Assembly: GCA_041750285.1 (NCBI GenBank)
Contig: JBGSZS010000011.1
Coordinates: 47,202 to 111,201, forward strand
Length of the DNA stretch: 64,000 bases
Source of the DNA: Candidatus Fermentibacteraceae bacterium
GTDB taxonomy: Bacteria; Fermentibacterota; Fermentibacteria; Fermentibacterales; JCC-6
Reading direction: 5' to 3'
Below the pieces are notes generated by a model. It was not told where the DNA came from. It saw only the letters and a list, made by a program, of their open reading frames with translations, and made no database searches. Position numbers and translations under genes: made by a program. Positions within the stretch are counted from its first letter, which is position 1. The number at the start of each line of letters is the position of its first letter. Of the stretch, positions 1 through 9,699 are shown in pieces.

Positions 1-527
1 CCGGGTCATTCAGTCAGAAGGCCCCCCTTTTCAGCGCAGTGAGGGTCGGGGGTGTGCGGGCCTACCGGTCGGCCCGGACGGGAGACCGCCCTGAGATGCC
101 TTCCAGGATGGTCGAAGTGAGCGGCTGGGAGATCGGAGAGCTGAAGGATTGCATGGCGCGGCTCAGGGTGACAGTATCCCCCGGAACCTACATAAGGGCA
201 CTTGCCCGGGACGCGGGGGAGGCTCTGGGAGTAGGGGCCGTTGCCACCTGCATAGTAAGGGAGTTTTCGGGAGGGTTCACCATCGACGAATGCTCATGCG
301 AGTACGATGATCCCGCCGCCATGCTGACGATGGCGGAAGCAATGCGCGGCTACCCTGTGCGCCGTCTCGCGCCGTCCGAGACCGATGCCGTGCTGCACGG
401 CATTCCGGTTCAGGGTTCCGTCCGCGGAACGGTGTCCATGGTTTCCGACGACGGAAGGCTTGTTGCCGTCGGGTCGGGGAACGGAGAGACCATCCACCCC
501 GCATGCGTTCTGGAGAAGCCGTGCTGA
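1..527 (+). CDS. truB: tRNA pseudouridine(55) synthase TruB, C-terminal part (5' end outside window)
   Basis: Open in frame from the window edge. The translation QKAPLFSAVRVGGVRAYRSAR and GTYIRALARD match TruB core motifs. Conserved truB-ribF-rpsO-pnp neighbourhood. Confidence 0.85.
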   Translation, partial: GSFSQKAPLFSAVRVGGVRAYRSARTGDRPEMPSRMVEVSGWEIGELKDCMARLRVTVSPGTYIRALARDAGEALGVGAVATCIVREFSGGFTIDECSCEYDDPAAMLTMAEAMRGYPVRRLAPSETDAVLHGIPVQGSVRGTVSMVSDDGRLVAVGSGNGETIHPACVLEKPC

Positions 528-1360
528 CCGCCGTCCTTGGAGGTTTTGACGGCATTCACCTGGGCCACAGGCATTTGATCGCCAGCGCGGTTCCGGCCCC
601 AGTCGTCATCTGCATGGAGCCCATCCCGAGGCAGGTGATCGCAGGTCCCTCCTGGACAAGAAGGCTCACAACACCCGGGGAGCGCCGGAAAGCATTGCAC
701 GATATGGGCATAATGGGTATTATTGACCTGCCTTTTCACAGCGGGCTCATGGCGTGTACGCCGGAGGAATTTCCATCGGTTCTCTCGCGCCTGGGCAGGT
801 TCGACCGGGTGGCCGTAGGATGGGATTTCAGGTACGGCCATGATCGCGCGGGGCAGGCGTCCGACCTTGCCGGTTCGCTGCCGGGTGTCGAGGTCATCGT
901 CGTCCCCCCCCTCCTCAGGGAAGGCCGGCCAGTGAAGAGCGAGGGCATTCGCAACCTCCTCGAAGCGGGAATGCTCGACGAGGCGGCGGAACTGCTGGGG
1001 CGCGGGTACCGTTGTCTTGGGGTCGTGTCACGGGGAAGGGGGAGGGGAAGGCTGCTGGGGTTTCCCACCATGAACGTGACCGTACCCTGGTGCAAGCTTC
1101 TTCCTCCTGCGGGAAGCTATGCAGTGAGTGTCCGGGTGCGCGGTGCAGAGTATCCGGCGGCAGCTTTCAGGCTGCCGGGCAGGAGTTGTGTCGAAGTTCA
1201 CATCCCCGGTTTTCATGGGGAAACCTACGGATGTGTCGCCGAGGTCGTATTCGCCAGGGGTCTTCGCAGACCGGAGAGGGCGCACGACGACCGACAACTG
1301 AAGGAACTGATCGACAGGGATGTCAATGCCGCAATGGAGGTAATGAAACAATGGCAGTGA
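503..1360 (+). CDS. ribF: bifunctional riboflavin kinase / FAD synthetase
   Basis: [14 protein letters not shown] nucleotidyltransferase motif and GFPTMN riboflavin-kinase motif. Overlaps the truB end. Confidence 0.9.
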   Translation: MRSGEAVLTAVLGGFDGIHLGHRHLIASAVPAPVVICMEPIPRQVIAGPSWTRRLTTPGERRKALHDMGIMGIIDLPFHSGLMACTPEEFPSVLSRLGRFDRVAVGWDFRYGHDRAGQASDLAGSLPGVEVIVVPPLLREGRPVKSEGIRNLLEAGMLDEAAELLGRGYRCLGVVSRGRGRGRLLGFPTMNVTVPWCKLLPPAGSYAVSVRVRGAEYPAAAFRLPGRSCVEVHIPGFHGETYGCVAEVVFARGLRRPERAHDDRQLKELIDRDVNAAMEVMKQWQ

Positions 1361-1620
1361 CCACTGAGAAGAAGAGCGAACTCGTTGTGAAGTTCGGAAA
1401 GGACGCCCGTGACACGGGCAACGCCGAAGTACAGATAGCCCTTCTCACGGAGAGGATCATGGGACTCACCGAACACGCGAAACTTCACCCCAAGGATCAT
1501 AACTCCAAGAGGGGGCTGCTCATGCTGGTGGGTCAGAGAAGAAGGCTTCTCGACTACCTGAAGGCCCGCGAAATCGAGAGATACAGGGCAATTGTCGGAG
1601 AACTGGGTCTTCGCAGATAG
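1351..1620 (+). CDS. rpsO: 30S ribosomal protein S15
   Basis: The 89-aa product [36 protein letters not shown]...LLDYLK is full-length S15. ATG at 1351 lies inside the longer 1012..1620 ORF. Confidence 0.95.
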   Translation: MAVTTEKKSELVVKFGKDARDTGNAEVQIALLTERIMGLTEHAKLHPKDHNSKRGLLMLVGQRRRLLDYLKAREIERYRAIVGELGLRR

Positions 1621-1635
1621 CTGCAGGGCTCGTTG

Positions 1636-1651
1636 CCCGGACTTTTCCGGG
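1636..1651 (+). promoter_or_regulatory. small hairpin in the rpsO-pnp spacer (CCCGGA-CTTT-TCCGGG)
   Basis: Perfect 6-bp stem read in the sequence. Its position corresponds to the processing/attenuation hairpin known in rpsO-pnp leaders. No U-tract follows. Confidence 0.3.
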
Positions 1652-1683
1652 AATCGGAAGTAAGAATCGGAAGAAGAGAAACG

Positions 1684-3789
1684 ATGAAAACGGTTGTTGA
1701 AGGTTTGGTTTGCGGAAGAAAACTGACGCTTGAGACCGGCAGGATGGCAAAACAGGCGGGCGGAGCTGTTTATGTTCAGTACGGAGAGTCCGCCGTTCTG
1801 GTCGCGGCCTGCGCCCAGTCGATGAGCTACGATCCCGGGTTCTTTCCCCTCACCATCGAATACAGGGAACGCAGCTACGCGGCAGGCAAGATCCCGGGAG
1901 GCTTTTTCAAGAGGGAGGGAAGACCCAGCGAAAAGGAGATCCTCACCGCCCGTCTCATCGACAGGCCTCTGAGGCCCCTTTTCGGGGATGGATTCAAGGA
2001 CGAGGTTCAGGTCTACTGCCTGGTCCTCAGTTCCGACGATGAGAACGATCCCGCCCTTCTTGCCATGATCGGGTCCAGCGCCGCCCTCCTCATTAGCGAC
2101 ATTCCATGGGACGGTCCCGTCTCCTCCGTGAGGGTCGGCCGCATAGATGGCGAGATCATCGTCAACCCCACTGTGCAGCAGCTCGAGGAGAGCGATCTCG
2201 ACCTTGTCGTGGCCTGCCGCGGGGAAGAAGTGGTGATGCTCGAGGGCAGTTCCAGGGAGCTTCCGGAAGACGTGGTGGCCACCGCCATACAAATGGGGGC
2301 CGCCGAAGCCGCCAGGATCAACGCTCTCCAGTTGAACCTCATGCAGCTCGCCGGCAAACCGAAACGTGTTTTCGAAACCGTCTCCCTTCCGGAAGGACTT
2401 TACGAAAAGGTCTATCCCGTGGTCGCTCAGGAGATCGGAAAGCACTACGGTCACGGCGGCAAGGAAGAGATGGCCTCGGCGTTCACGAAGGCCCTTGAGA
2501 TACTGGGCGACCCCGAGGGCGGGTTCGCCCGCGAAGCGGAGGAGAACGGCTGGCAGGACCATGTGCGGAAGGCCGCTTACAAGGCCGAGAAGGATTATTA
2601 CCGCAGCCGGCTTCTGGGAGACGGGGTCAGGTATGACGGGCGTCTCAGGAACGACGTCAGGAACATAACCTGCGAGATCAGCGTTCTTCCGAGAACGCAT
2701 GGATCCGCCCTCTTCACAAGGGGCGAGACCCAGGCGCTCGTGGCGGCCACGCTCGGCGGCGCCAGGGATGAACAGAGGGTCGACGACCTTATGGGCGAGT
2801 TCTTCAAGAGCTTCATGCTGCACTACAACTTCCCGTCATTCAGCGTGGGCGAGGTCAAGCCCATCCGCGGTCCCGGCCGTCGGGAGATCGGGCACGGTCA
2901 CCTCGCCGAAACCGCCATACAGGCAGTCATTCCCAAGGACTTCAACTATACGATCCGCGTGGTCAGCGACATCCTCGAGAGCAACGGCTCATCCTCACAG
3001 GCCACCGTATGCGGTGCCTCGCTGTGTCTGATGGACGCAGGGGTACCCCTCACCGGCCACGTTGCGGGTGTCGCGCTGGGTCTTGTGACCGATGGCAGGA
3101 ACAGCATCGTCCTCAGTGATATCGCCGGCGCGGAAGACCACCTCGGCGACATGGACCTCAAGATCGCCGGCACCCGCAACGGCATAACGGCGATCCAGAT
3201 GGACCTGAAGGTCGAGGGAGTCACCCAGGAACTCCTCGTGGGCGCCTTCCTTCAGGCCAGGGAGAACAGGCTTCACATCCTCGAGAGGATGGAGGAGTGC
3301 ATCGAAAGCCCCAGGGATGACCTCAGCCCACATGCTCCCCGGATCATCACCATGCAGATCGACAGGGACAAGATCGGCAAGCTCATCGGTCCCGGCGGCA
3401 AGAACATAAGGGCCATAACCGAAGAGTCGGGCGCCGAGATCAACATCGCCGACGACGGCACTGTCACTATCCTCACCAACGACGGGAACAAGGCGAAGAA
3501 GGCGGTGAAGATGGTCGAGGCGTGCGTTGGCGTTCCCAAGGAGGGCAAGATCTACGAGGGAACCGTCAGCAGTATCCAGGCTTTCGGGGCGTTCGTGGAG
3601 ATAATGCCCGGCATCGACGGGCTCCTGCACATAAGCCAGATATCGGACAAGCGGATAACCGAGGTAAAGGATGTACTGAGGCGCGGCCAGCAGGTCAGGG
3701 TCAAGGTCACCAAGGTCAGGGATGACGGCAAGATAGACCTGACCATGAAAAACCTCGAGGAAACCGTGGAAACGGAAGAAGAGGCCTGA
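1684..3789 (+). CDS. pnp: polyribonucleotide nucleotidyltransferase (PNPase)
   Basis: Two RNase PH domains plus KH (GKLIGPGGKNI) and S1 (GTVSSIQAFGAFVEI). ATG at 1684 (MKTVVEG) is preferred over TTG at 1633. Confidence 0.95.
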   Translation: MKTVVEGLVCGRKLTLETGRMAKQAGGAVYVQYGESAVLVAACAQSMSYDPGFFPLTIEYRERSYAAGKIPGGFFKREGRPSEKEILTARLIDRPLRPLFGDGFKDEVQVYCLVLSSDDENDPALLAMIGSSAALLISDIPWDGPVSSVRVGRIDGEIIVNPTVQQLEESDLDLVVACRGEEVVMLEGSSRELPEDVVATAIQMGAAEAARINALQLNLMQLAGKPKRVFETVSLPEGLYEKVYPVVAQEIGKHYGHGGKEEMASAFTKALEILGDPEGGFAREAEENGWQDHVRKAAYKAEKDYYRSRLLGDGVRYDGRLRNDVRNITCEISVLPRTHGSALFTRGETQALVAATLGGARDEQRVDDLMGEFFKSFMLHYNFPSFSVGEVKPIRGPGRREIGHGHLAETAIQAVIPKDFNYTIRVVSDILESNGSSSQATVCGASLCLMDAGVPLTGHVAGVALGLVTDGRNSIVLSDIAGAEDHLGDMDLKIAGTRNGITAIQMDLKVEGVTQELLVGAFLQARENRLHILERMEECIESPRDDLSPHAPRIITMQIDRDKIGKLIGPGGKNIRAITEESGAEINIADDGTVTILTNDGNKAKKAVKMVEACVGVPKEGKIYEGTVSSIQAFGAFVEIMPGIDGLLHISQISDKRITEVKDVLRRGQQVRVKVTKVRDDGKIDLTMKNLEETVETEEEA

Positions 3790-3796
3790 TACCGCA

Positions 3797-4243
3797 ATGG
3801 GAAGCGCCGTCGTTTTCAGGGTTCTTCCGGAGGGTGAGGGGTTGCCTGTTCCCGAACAGGCAACCCCGGGCTCATCGGGAGTCGATCTGTTTGCGGCTGT
3901 CTCCCGCGACCTGATCCTCGATCCGGGCGAGAGGGCCCTTGTATCCGCGGGGATAGCGGTATCGATCCCCACGGGGTTCGAGTGGCAGATCCGCCCCCGA
4001 AGCGGCCTTGCCCTTAGACACGGCGTGACGGTCCTCAACTCTCCGGGAACCGTTGATTGCGATTACAGGGGACCTGTCGGCGTCATCCTGGTGAACCTCG
4101 GAGATGCGCCGTTCGTGGTCCATCGCGGCGACAGGATCGCCCAGGCCGTATTGACGCGTGTGGAACCCCAGGTCCTGTCCCGCGCGTCTTCCCTTACCGA
4201 AACCGAGAGGGGGGACGGCGGCTTTGGTCACACTGGTGTGTAG
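3797..4243 (+). CDS. dut: dUTP diphosphatase
   Basis: The motifs GSSGVDL, RSGLALRHGV, NSPGTVDCDYRG and GGFGHTG match the five dUTPase motifs. Confidence 0.9.
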   Translation: MGSAVVFRVLPEGEGLPVPEQATPGSSGVDLFAAVSRDLILDPGERALVSAGIAVSIPTGFEWQIRPRSGLALRHGVTVLNSPGTVDCDYRGPVGVILVNLGDAPFVVHRGDRIAQAVLTRVEPQVLSRASSLTETERGDGGFGHTGV

Positions 4244-4712
4244 GTATTCTGTCTTAATCATTCTTTCCGCATTCATCGGCTGTGCCTACAGCTTCCGCGG
4301 CAGCCTTCCGCCCGGCCTTGAAACCGTTGAAGTGTCCCAGTTCAGAAGCTCGGTGACCGAATACGGCCTCGAGACCGAACTGACTTCAATCGTGACCGAA
4401 ACGATGGTGACCGATGGCCGCCTTGCCGTGGTGACGGCCAACCCCGACACCCGGGTTTCCGGACGCGTGACGGCTTTCACGAGGACCGCGGAGGAGTACA
4501 CGGGTGGTGAACAGGTTCAAAGGTACCGCCTCGATCTCAGGGTTGAGATAACCATGGAGGATCTGAGGAACGAGGATTTCCTGATCCGGAACGAGACGGT
4601 CGCAGAGTGGATCCTTTACGACCCCGCTTCCGAAACCCTTTCGCAGGCCCGGGAGAGGCTCGTAAGGGAAGTTGCGGGGGAGATCGTCCAGAAATGCCTC
4701 TCCGGTTGGTAA
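4236..4712 (+). CDS. LptE-like lipoprotein (tentative)
   Basis: GTG at 4236 overlaps the dut stop. The signal sequence ends in the lipobox-like FIGC, followed by AYSFRGS as in the LptE N-terminus (C-G-[FY]-x-L-R-G). Confidence 0.4.
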   Translation: MCRYSVLIILSAFIGCAYSFRGSLPPGLETVEVSQFRSSVTEYGLETELTSIVTETMVTDGRLAVVTANPDTRVSGRVTAFTRTAEEYTGGEQVQRYRLDLRVEITMEDLRNEDFLIRNETVAEWILYDPASETLSQARERLVREVAGEIVQKCLSGW

Positions 4713-4722
4713 GGGGGATTCC

Positions 4723-5070
4723 ATGACTCGTACCGGCGCTGTCAAACTTGGCTGTCTGATATGGGTGGCGTTGATACTTCTCGTGATACTCTGGGGCTGG
4801 AAACTGCTTGATTTCTACGTTCTGGGTCCTGCGGCGGTCAAAAAGGTCATGAACGAAACCTGGAGCGAGGTCAACTCGTTCGCACAGACTCCCGTAAAAC
4901 AGGCCGAGTACATGACGAGATGGAACCAGTGGAAACGCGAGCAGTCCATTCCATTCGTCTACTCCGGTTTCATGGGGGATTCATTCGTGGTGGAATGGAG
5001 CGACACGCTTCCCGTGCCGGTCTTCCCCGACATAACGCACAAGTTCCGCCTGGCAAGAATCGTCTACTGA
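4723..5070 (+). CDS. hypothetical membrane-anchored protein
   Basis: ATG preceded by AAGGGGGA. One N-terminal TM helix (LGCLIWVALILLVILWGW). No family recognised. Confidence 0.5.
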   Translation: MTRTGAVKLGCLIWVALILLVILWGWKLLDFYVLGPAAVKKVMNETWSEVNSFAQTPVKQAEYMTRWNQWKREQSIPFVYSGFMGDSFVVEWSDTLPVPVFPDITHKFRLARIVY

Positions 5071-5071
5071 C

Positions 5072-5248
5072 ATGTCTATATCGGGCGACTGGCGCGACAG
5101 GCATTCGCAACGCAGTTCGGGGGGGAGGGTTCTCTTCTACATCATACTTCTGGCGGTCACGGTCATCCTGATCCTCAAGGCCGGCGACTTCTCAAGGGGT
5201 TTCACCGAGATCTTCCTTCAGGGGAACACGGCGGGAGAACCCAATTGA
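5072..5248 (+). CDS. 58-aa single-TM small protein (below the ORF-track cutoff)
   Basis: ATG at 5072, 1 nt after the previous stop. The product MSISGDWRDRHSQRSSGGRVLFYIILLAVTVILILKAG... has one TM helix. Its stop overlaps the TTG start of the next gene. Confidence 0.3.
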   Translation: MSISGDWRDRHSQRSSGGRVLFYIILLAVTVILILKAGDFSRGFTEIFLQGNTAGEPN

Positions 5249-6087
5249 TCTTCGATGCCCACTGTGACACCATGGTCAGGGCCGAATCACCCGAAGCCTT
5301 CCTTTCGGGAGGCGGCAAATGCCATGTCGATCTTCCGGGCCTCCGCGAGTCAGGGGTAGCACACCTCGTAACGGCCCTGTGCATCGAACCCTACCCCGAG
5401 AGGCTCGCAGACGTCTGGGAGCACGGAACCCGCAATTTCAGGGAGTGTTCCCGTCTTTCCGGCGATGTGAGGCTTCACTTCGCCCTCGAGGGGTGCATGC
5501 CGCTTTATCTGGGCATGGAGTTGCCCGCACAACCGCTGGTCGCAAGCCTGACCTGGAACGGAGACAACCCGTACGGTTCAGGAATAGGCGGCAAGGGGGG
5601 CCTGACTTCGGCGGGGGAATCACTGGCACGGAGGCTCGATGCCCAGGGTACCCGCCTGGACGCATCCCACCTGAATGACAGGTCAAGGCAAGACCTGCTG
5701 TCAATGGGTATTCAAGTTTGCGCCACCCACTGCAACTCCAGGAAGCTGTGCGATTTCCCCCGCAACCTTCCCGATCCCGACCTGAAGGAGATAGCGGCAA
5801 ACGGCGGAGTGATCGGTGTTACACTCGTGCCCGACTTCCTGCTTCCCGAAGGTGGTGACCCGTCGGTTTCCGATGTGGCCAGGCACATCGAGTACATCGC
5901 CGGGATCGCAGGCATCGATTCGGTGGGTCTGGGGTCGGATTTCGACGGCATCAAACTGCTTCCACGGGGTATCCGCAACGTGCTCGACATTCATCTGATC
6001 TTCGATGAGCTGTCGAAGGCGGGATGGAACGACACTGACATCGCCAAGGTAAGTTCGGGCAACTGGATGAGGTTCTTTTCCCTGTAA
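5245..6087 (+). CDS. membrane dipeptidase, peptidase family M19
   Basis: N-terminal IFDAHCDT and C-terminal LGSDFDG metal-ligand motifs typical of M19. Confidence 0.8.
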   Translation: MIFDAHCDTMVRAESPEAFLSGGGKCHVDLPGLRESGVAHLVTALCIEPYPERLADVWEHGTRNFRECSRLSGDVRLHFALEGCMPLYLGMELPAQPLVASLTWNGDNPYGSGIGGKGGLTSAGESLARRLDAQGTRLDASHLNDRSRQDLLSMGIQVCATHCNSRKLCDFPRNLPDPDLKEIAANGGVIGVTLVPDFLLPEGGDPSVSDVARHIEYIAGIAGIDSVGLGSDFDGIKLLPRGIRNVLDIHLIFDELSKAGWNDTDIAKVSSGNWMRFFSL

Positions 6088-6106
6088 CCTTTAACGGAGG
6101 TTATTC

Positions 6107-6883
6107 TTGAAGTACGCACTGCTTTTCCTTGCATCCGCGGTCCTGCTGGCCCAGACACCACTGGAATTCGGGATAATCGACGACCTCATCAGGGGTGAGC
6201 CCTACATCAGTCCCCTGAGCATAGAGATCCTCCAGGGCACACCTGCGCCCGGGAACGCAACGCTGAGAATGGCGCTCAGAACCGGAGTCGTCTTCTCGGA
6301 CGAGGGATCCTTCATTTTCGTGGATTCCCTCGCAGACCGGGTCAACCTCATGGGCAGGGCCGATTACAGGGGGCTTGTCGACAATGCCGCCATCACCCGG
6401 CTCTTCAGTGCGGTGAGAAGCAACATGCGCGTTCACGGCACTTCCGGGATCACGCATTTCGCCATCGATCTTGTGACCCCCGACGACATGGGCTGGGTGT
6501 CGCTGGAAACCGACGTCTCCAGGGTTGACAGTCTTCTTGGGGGCTTGATCTCACCCTATGAGTTCTGGAACTCTGTCAGGATCGTCCAGATTCAGGTCGG
6601 GATGGCCTGTTTTTCCCTGAACGTGGGCATCTTCGACGCCACTCAGGTACCGGATGCCGTTTTGCCGCAGGTGGTGGAAACCCGCGTGTCCACCGGTTCA
6701 CACGCATGGAAGTCCCTGGTTCTTCCGGGCTGGGGGCAGTTCTCCTCGGGCACGGGGATTCCCCTGATCAACATTCTGGCCGAGGCGGGAGGCATTGCCC
6801 TCATCCTCAGTGATGATTATTTGAACGTGGGTGTGGGGGTGCTTGCGCTCAACCACATCATCAGCTTCACGGACCTTCTCTGA
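6107..6883 (+). CDS. hypothetical secreted/membrane protein
   Basis: Signal peptide MKYALLFLASAVLLAQ. C-terminal hydrophobic region with a WKSLVLPGWGQ motif. No family recognised. Confidence 0.55.
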   Translation: MKYALLFLASAVLLAQTPLEFGIIDDLIRGEPYISPLSIEILQGTPAPGNATLRMALRTGVVFSDEGSFIFVDSLADRVNLMGRADYRGLVDNAAITRLFSAVRSNMRVHGTSGITHFAIDLVTPDDMGWVSLETDVSRVDSLLGGLISPYEFWNSVRIVQIQVGMACFSLNVGIFDATQVPDAVLPQVVETRVSTGSHAWKSLVLPGWGQFSSGTGIPLINILAEAGGIALILSDDYLNVGVGVLALNHIISFTDLL

Positions 6884-6904
6884 CGGTACGGGGGGAAACG
6901 AAGA

Positions 6905-7201
6905 ATGCGGGATTTTTCGTATTTCGCAACTCTGCTGGGGCTGGTCTTCTGGGGCCTTGCCTTCTGGAACGGCCCTGAGAGCGGCTTCTGGAAACTCGGC
7001 AAGCCCGGTCTGTTCATGCTCGCCGTTGCGGTTCTCTTCTTCCTTGTTGATTACCTCATCCCATCCAGAAGGCCTAGAAGAAGGCACAAGGTGCGCAGCG
7101 AGACCGCCCGGAAATGCAGCGTCTGCGGAAAGCCGGCACTGAGCGGAAGCCAGTTCTGCAGCTACCACGCGAAGTACGGTTCAGACGGCGAAGCAAGGTA
7201 G
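6905..7201 (+). CDS. hypothetical membrane protein with a C-terminal zinc-ribbon-like CxxC...CxxH
   Basis: Two predicted TM helices, then CSVCGKPALSGSQFCSYH. Confidence 0.5.
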   Translation: MRDFSYFATLLGLVFWGLAFWNGPESGFWKLGKPGLFMLAVAVLFFLVDYLIPSRRPRRRHKVRSETARKCSVCGKPALSGSQFCSYHAKYGSDGEAR

Positions 7202-7241
7202 AACGATCCGGCGCAATTCACTGCTTCTGCTGGTCCTGATC

Positions 7242-8189
7242 GTGGTTCTCGCGGCGGGGGTCGCCACAAGGCTTTCAAACCCCCCCGCCGAGGAGACCCG
7301 CAGGACATTTCCCGCACTCGGGACCTTCGCCACCATCATCATCGAAACCTCGGGGGATCTCGATCCGGAAGCCATGATAACCGGGGCCGACTCCCTCCTG
7401 CGCAGTATCGAGGCTGAAACCGGGAGGTTTCCCGGGCAGGCCGTTCATGAGATCAACCTTGCCGGGGGTGCCGCGCTTTCATCGCTTGGTCCGCACATGC
7501 TCCGGGTCCTCGCGCTCAGCGATTCCGTATTCCATGCAACCGGCGGGCTCTTTGACCCGACATCCGGAGCTCTCGTAGAGGCATGGGGTTTTCCTGACGA
7601 TCCCCACCTGCCCACGGAGGCGGAACTGGAGTCGGCGCTGGGTGCTACGGGCTGGCAGCTCCTGGAATTCCGGAACGACTCGATCCTGTTGACCGAGGGC
7701 ATGAAACTCGATTTCGGCGCTGTGGCGAAGGGCTACGCCGTTGACCGGGTCTACGAGTACCTGCTTTCATGCGGGGCCCGTTCCTGTCTGGTCGAGGTTG
7801 GAGGTGAGGTCAGGTGCGGCGGCGGGAGATTGTGGCGGGTCGCGGTGCGCCATCCCCGGAACACCGGTTACTACACCATATACGAGATGAGGTCGGGTGC
7901 GCTTGCGACAAGCGGCGACTACGAATGCTACCTTATTCATGAGGGCGTCAGGTACAGCCACCTGATCGATCCGTTCACCGGTTTCTCCGGAACGGGAGCC
8001 CAGTCCGCCACGGTGTTCGCCGAAACCTGCGGAAGGGCCGACGCATACGCAACCGCCGCCGCGGTTGGGGGGCGTGAGGCGGTCGGGGGCTTTGACATGG
8101 ACGGTGTTCTTGGCATACTGCTGCTTACGGAAGACGGGAACGGGGAGGTGTCATCCTGGAGCACGGGCGTTCTCCCGAATTCACGCTGA
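7242..8189 (+). CDS. apbE: FAD:protein FMN transferase (ApbE family)
   Basis: DFGAVAKGYAVD and TSGDYE motifs. The hydrophobic leader RRNSLLLLVLIVVL continues upstream of GTG 7242 with no canonical start, so the true start may lie upstream (for example ATC 7206). Confidence 0.85.
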   Translation: MVLAAGVATRLSNPPAEETRRTFPALGTFATIIIETSGDLDPEAMITGADSLLRSIEAETGRFPGQAVHEINLAGGAALSSLGPHMLRVLALSDSVFHATGGLFDPTSGALVEAWGFPDDPHLPTEAELESALGATGWQLLEFRNDSILLTEGMKLDFGAVAKGYAVDRVYEYLLSCGARSCLVEVGGEVRCGGGRLWRVAVRHPRNTGYYTIYEMRSGALATSGDYECYLIHEGVRYSHLIDPFTGFSGTGAQSATVFAETCGRADAYATAAAVGGREAVGGFDMDGVLGILLLTEDGNGEVSSWSTGVLPNSR

Positions 8190-8998
8190 AGGAAGATGCG
8201 GGTCTCCGCTGTCTGATCTGCCCCCACAGGTGCCTCTGGACTGAGTCCCGCCCGTCCGGCCTTTGCCGGGTCAGGGGGGCGGAGCTTTCCGGCTACGGGC
8301 AATGCATCGGCATGGCAGTCGATCCGATTGAAAAGAAACCCCTGGCCATGTTCAGACCTGGATCCAGGCTTCTTTCCACCGGTCCGCCGGGCTGCAACCT
8401 TTCGTGCAGCCACTGCCAGAACTGGCAGAGTTCGCAGGGCTCACCGCCCACCGTGTACCGCTCTCCAATGGAGCTTGCGGAACTCGCGCTCACATGCAGT
8501 GACGGCATCGCCTTCACTTATACCGAACCGGTGGTGTGGTACGAGTACGTGATGGACACGGCTCCTCTGGTCAGGTCCGGGGGGGGGATGGCTGTGATGG
8601 TCAGCAACGGTTTCGTGAACCCCGAACCCCTGAGAAGGCTGCTCTCGGTCACCGATGCATGGAACGTTGATCTGAAGGCATGGAACGACGAATTCTACCG
8701 CCGGAACTGCAAGGGCAGCCTCCATCCCGTGCTGGAAACACTCGCAACGATCGCAGGGTCGGGCGTTCACCTTGAAGTGACCTACCTTGTCATCCCGGGA
8801 GAGAACGACTCCGAGACGGACTGGGACCGGGCGGCCCGGTGGCTGGCCGCCAACTGCGGCGGGAACACCCCGGTTCACGTATCACGCTATTTTCCGAGGT
8901 ACAGGCAGACCAGACCCGCCACTGCTGTCGAATGCGTTCTGAGGGCAGCCCGTGTGTTCGGCACTCATTTGAAGCACGTTTTCCCGGGGAATGTTTGA
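8156..8998 (+). CDS. AmmeMemoRadiSam-system-type radical SAM enzyme
   Basis: DPIEKKPL, then the GCNLSCSHCQNW CX3CX2C motif. The family-typical N-terminus (RCLICPHRC...GLCRVR) lies in frame upstream of ATG 8312. CTG at 8156 sits 7 nt after GGAGG. The start is uncertain. Confidence 0.75.
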   Translation: MEHGRSPEFTLKEDAGLRCLICPHRCLWTESRPSGLCRVRGAELSGYGQCIGMAVDPIEKKPLAMFRPGSRLLSTGPPGCNLSCSHCQNWQSSQGSPPTVYRSPMELAELALTCSDGIAFTYTEPVVWYEYVMDTAPLVRSGGGMAVMVSNGFVNPEPLRRLLSVTDAWNVDLKAWNDEFYRRNCKGSLHPVLETLATIAGSGVHLEVTYLVIPGENDSETDWDRAARWLAANCGGNTPVHVSRYFPRYRQTRPATAVECVLRAARVFGTHLKHVFPGNV

Positions 8999-9359
8999 GA
9001 TGAAGCTCCTGCGTCCCGGTGACATCCTGCCGGTGGTGCTTGCGCTGGGTGCTGCGCTGCTGACCGGCGGACAGAGCGGGAAAACGGACCGCACCCATGT
9101 GCGTCTGGTCACCCCCGATCGAACGGCGGCCATTTCGCTTTATGCGGATACTCTCATATCGATACCCGTCAGGGACGGGATCACAGTGGTGGAGATCGGG
9201 GCCGGAAGTGCAAGGATCAGGTCGTCACCCTGTCCCAGCGGGACATGCGTGGGAACGGGATGGATATCGAGGCCGGGTCAGGCTGCCGTGTGCATGCCGG
9301 AAGGAGTATCCATCGAGATAAGGGGCGAAGGGGTGGAGCCGGACGCCGTCAGTTACTGA
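8991..9359 (+). CDS. NusG domain II-containing protein (DUF1312-like)
   Basis: N-terminal TM helix, then SPCPSGTCVGTGWISRPGQAAVCMPEGVSIEI, the CP..C...GWI....VC.P pattern of this family. Confidence 0.7.
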   Translation: MFEMKLLRPGDILPVVLALGAALLTGGQSGKTDRTHVRLVTPDRTAAISLYADTLISIPVRDGITVVEIGAGSARIRSSPCPSGTCVGTGWISRPGQAAVCMPEGVSIEIRGEGVEPDAVSY

Positions 9360-9381
9360 GAGGCGCCCGGCCCGAAGTCAG

Positions 9382-9672
9382 CTAATGGCAGCCGTGCCCG
9401 GGGCAGCCCTGACAGTCCGTTTCCACGGTCTCCACGATGGGAGCCGACGTTTCCGCGGCTCTTGAGAGGGAATCGCACGAGCAGTCCTCGCATTCGGATT
9501 CACAGGTGCGCTCATCCGTGGAGCTTTCACACCCGGCTTCACACGTGCTTTCCGCAGAGGTGCACTCATTGTCTTCCCCAGTGCACGGACTGTCGTCGAG
9601 GCCGACCGCGAAAGCGGCACCTGCCAGCAGTGCAAGCAGGATCATCGTTACCCTGAAGGTCCTTTTTTTCAT
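9382..9672 (-). CDS. secreted acidic cysteine-rich protein (11 Cys in about 72 mature residues, ends CQGCPGHGCH)
   Basis: ATG at 9672 preceded by GGAGAAG. Signal peptide MKKRTFRVTMILLALLAGAAFAVG. The mature part is rich in E/D/S/T with repeated CxnC spacing. Confidence 0.6.
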   Translation of the reverse strand: MKKRTFRVTMILLALLAGAAFAVGLDDSPCTGEDNECTSAESTCEAGCESSTDERTCESECEDCSCDSLSRAAETSAPIVETVETDCQGCPGHGCH

Positions 9673-9699
9673 CACTTCTCCATGAACTGACACCAAATG

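Noticed and set aside
1225-2823. 532-aa ORF on the minus strand, and likewise 2995..4038 (347 aa).
   Set aside because: Both are antisense to pnp, whose + strand product has unmistakable PNPase domains. They are typical long shadow ORFs of a GC-rich sequence, with Gly/Pro/Arg-rich low-complexity translations.
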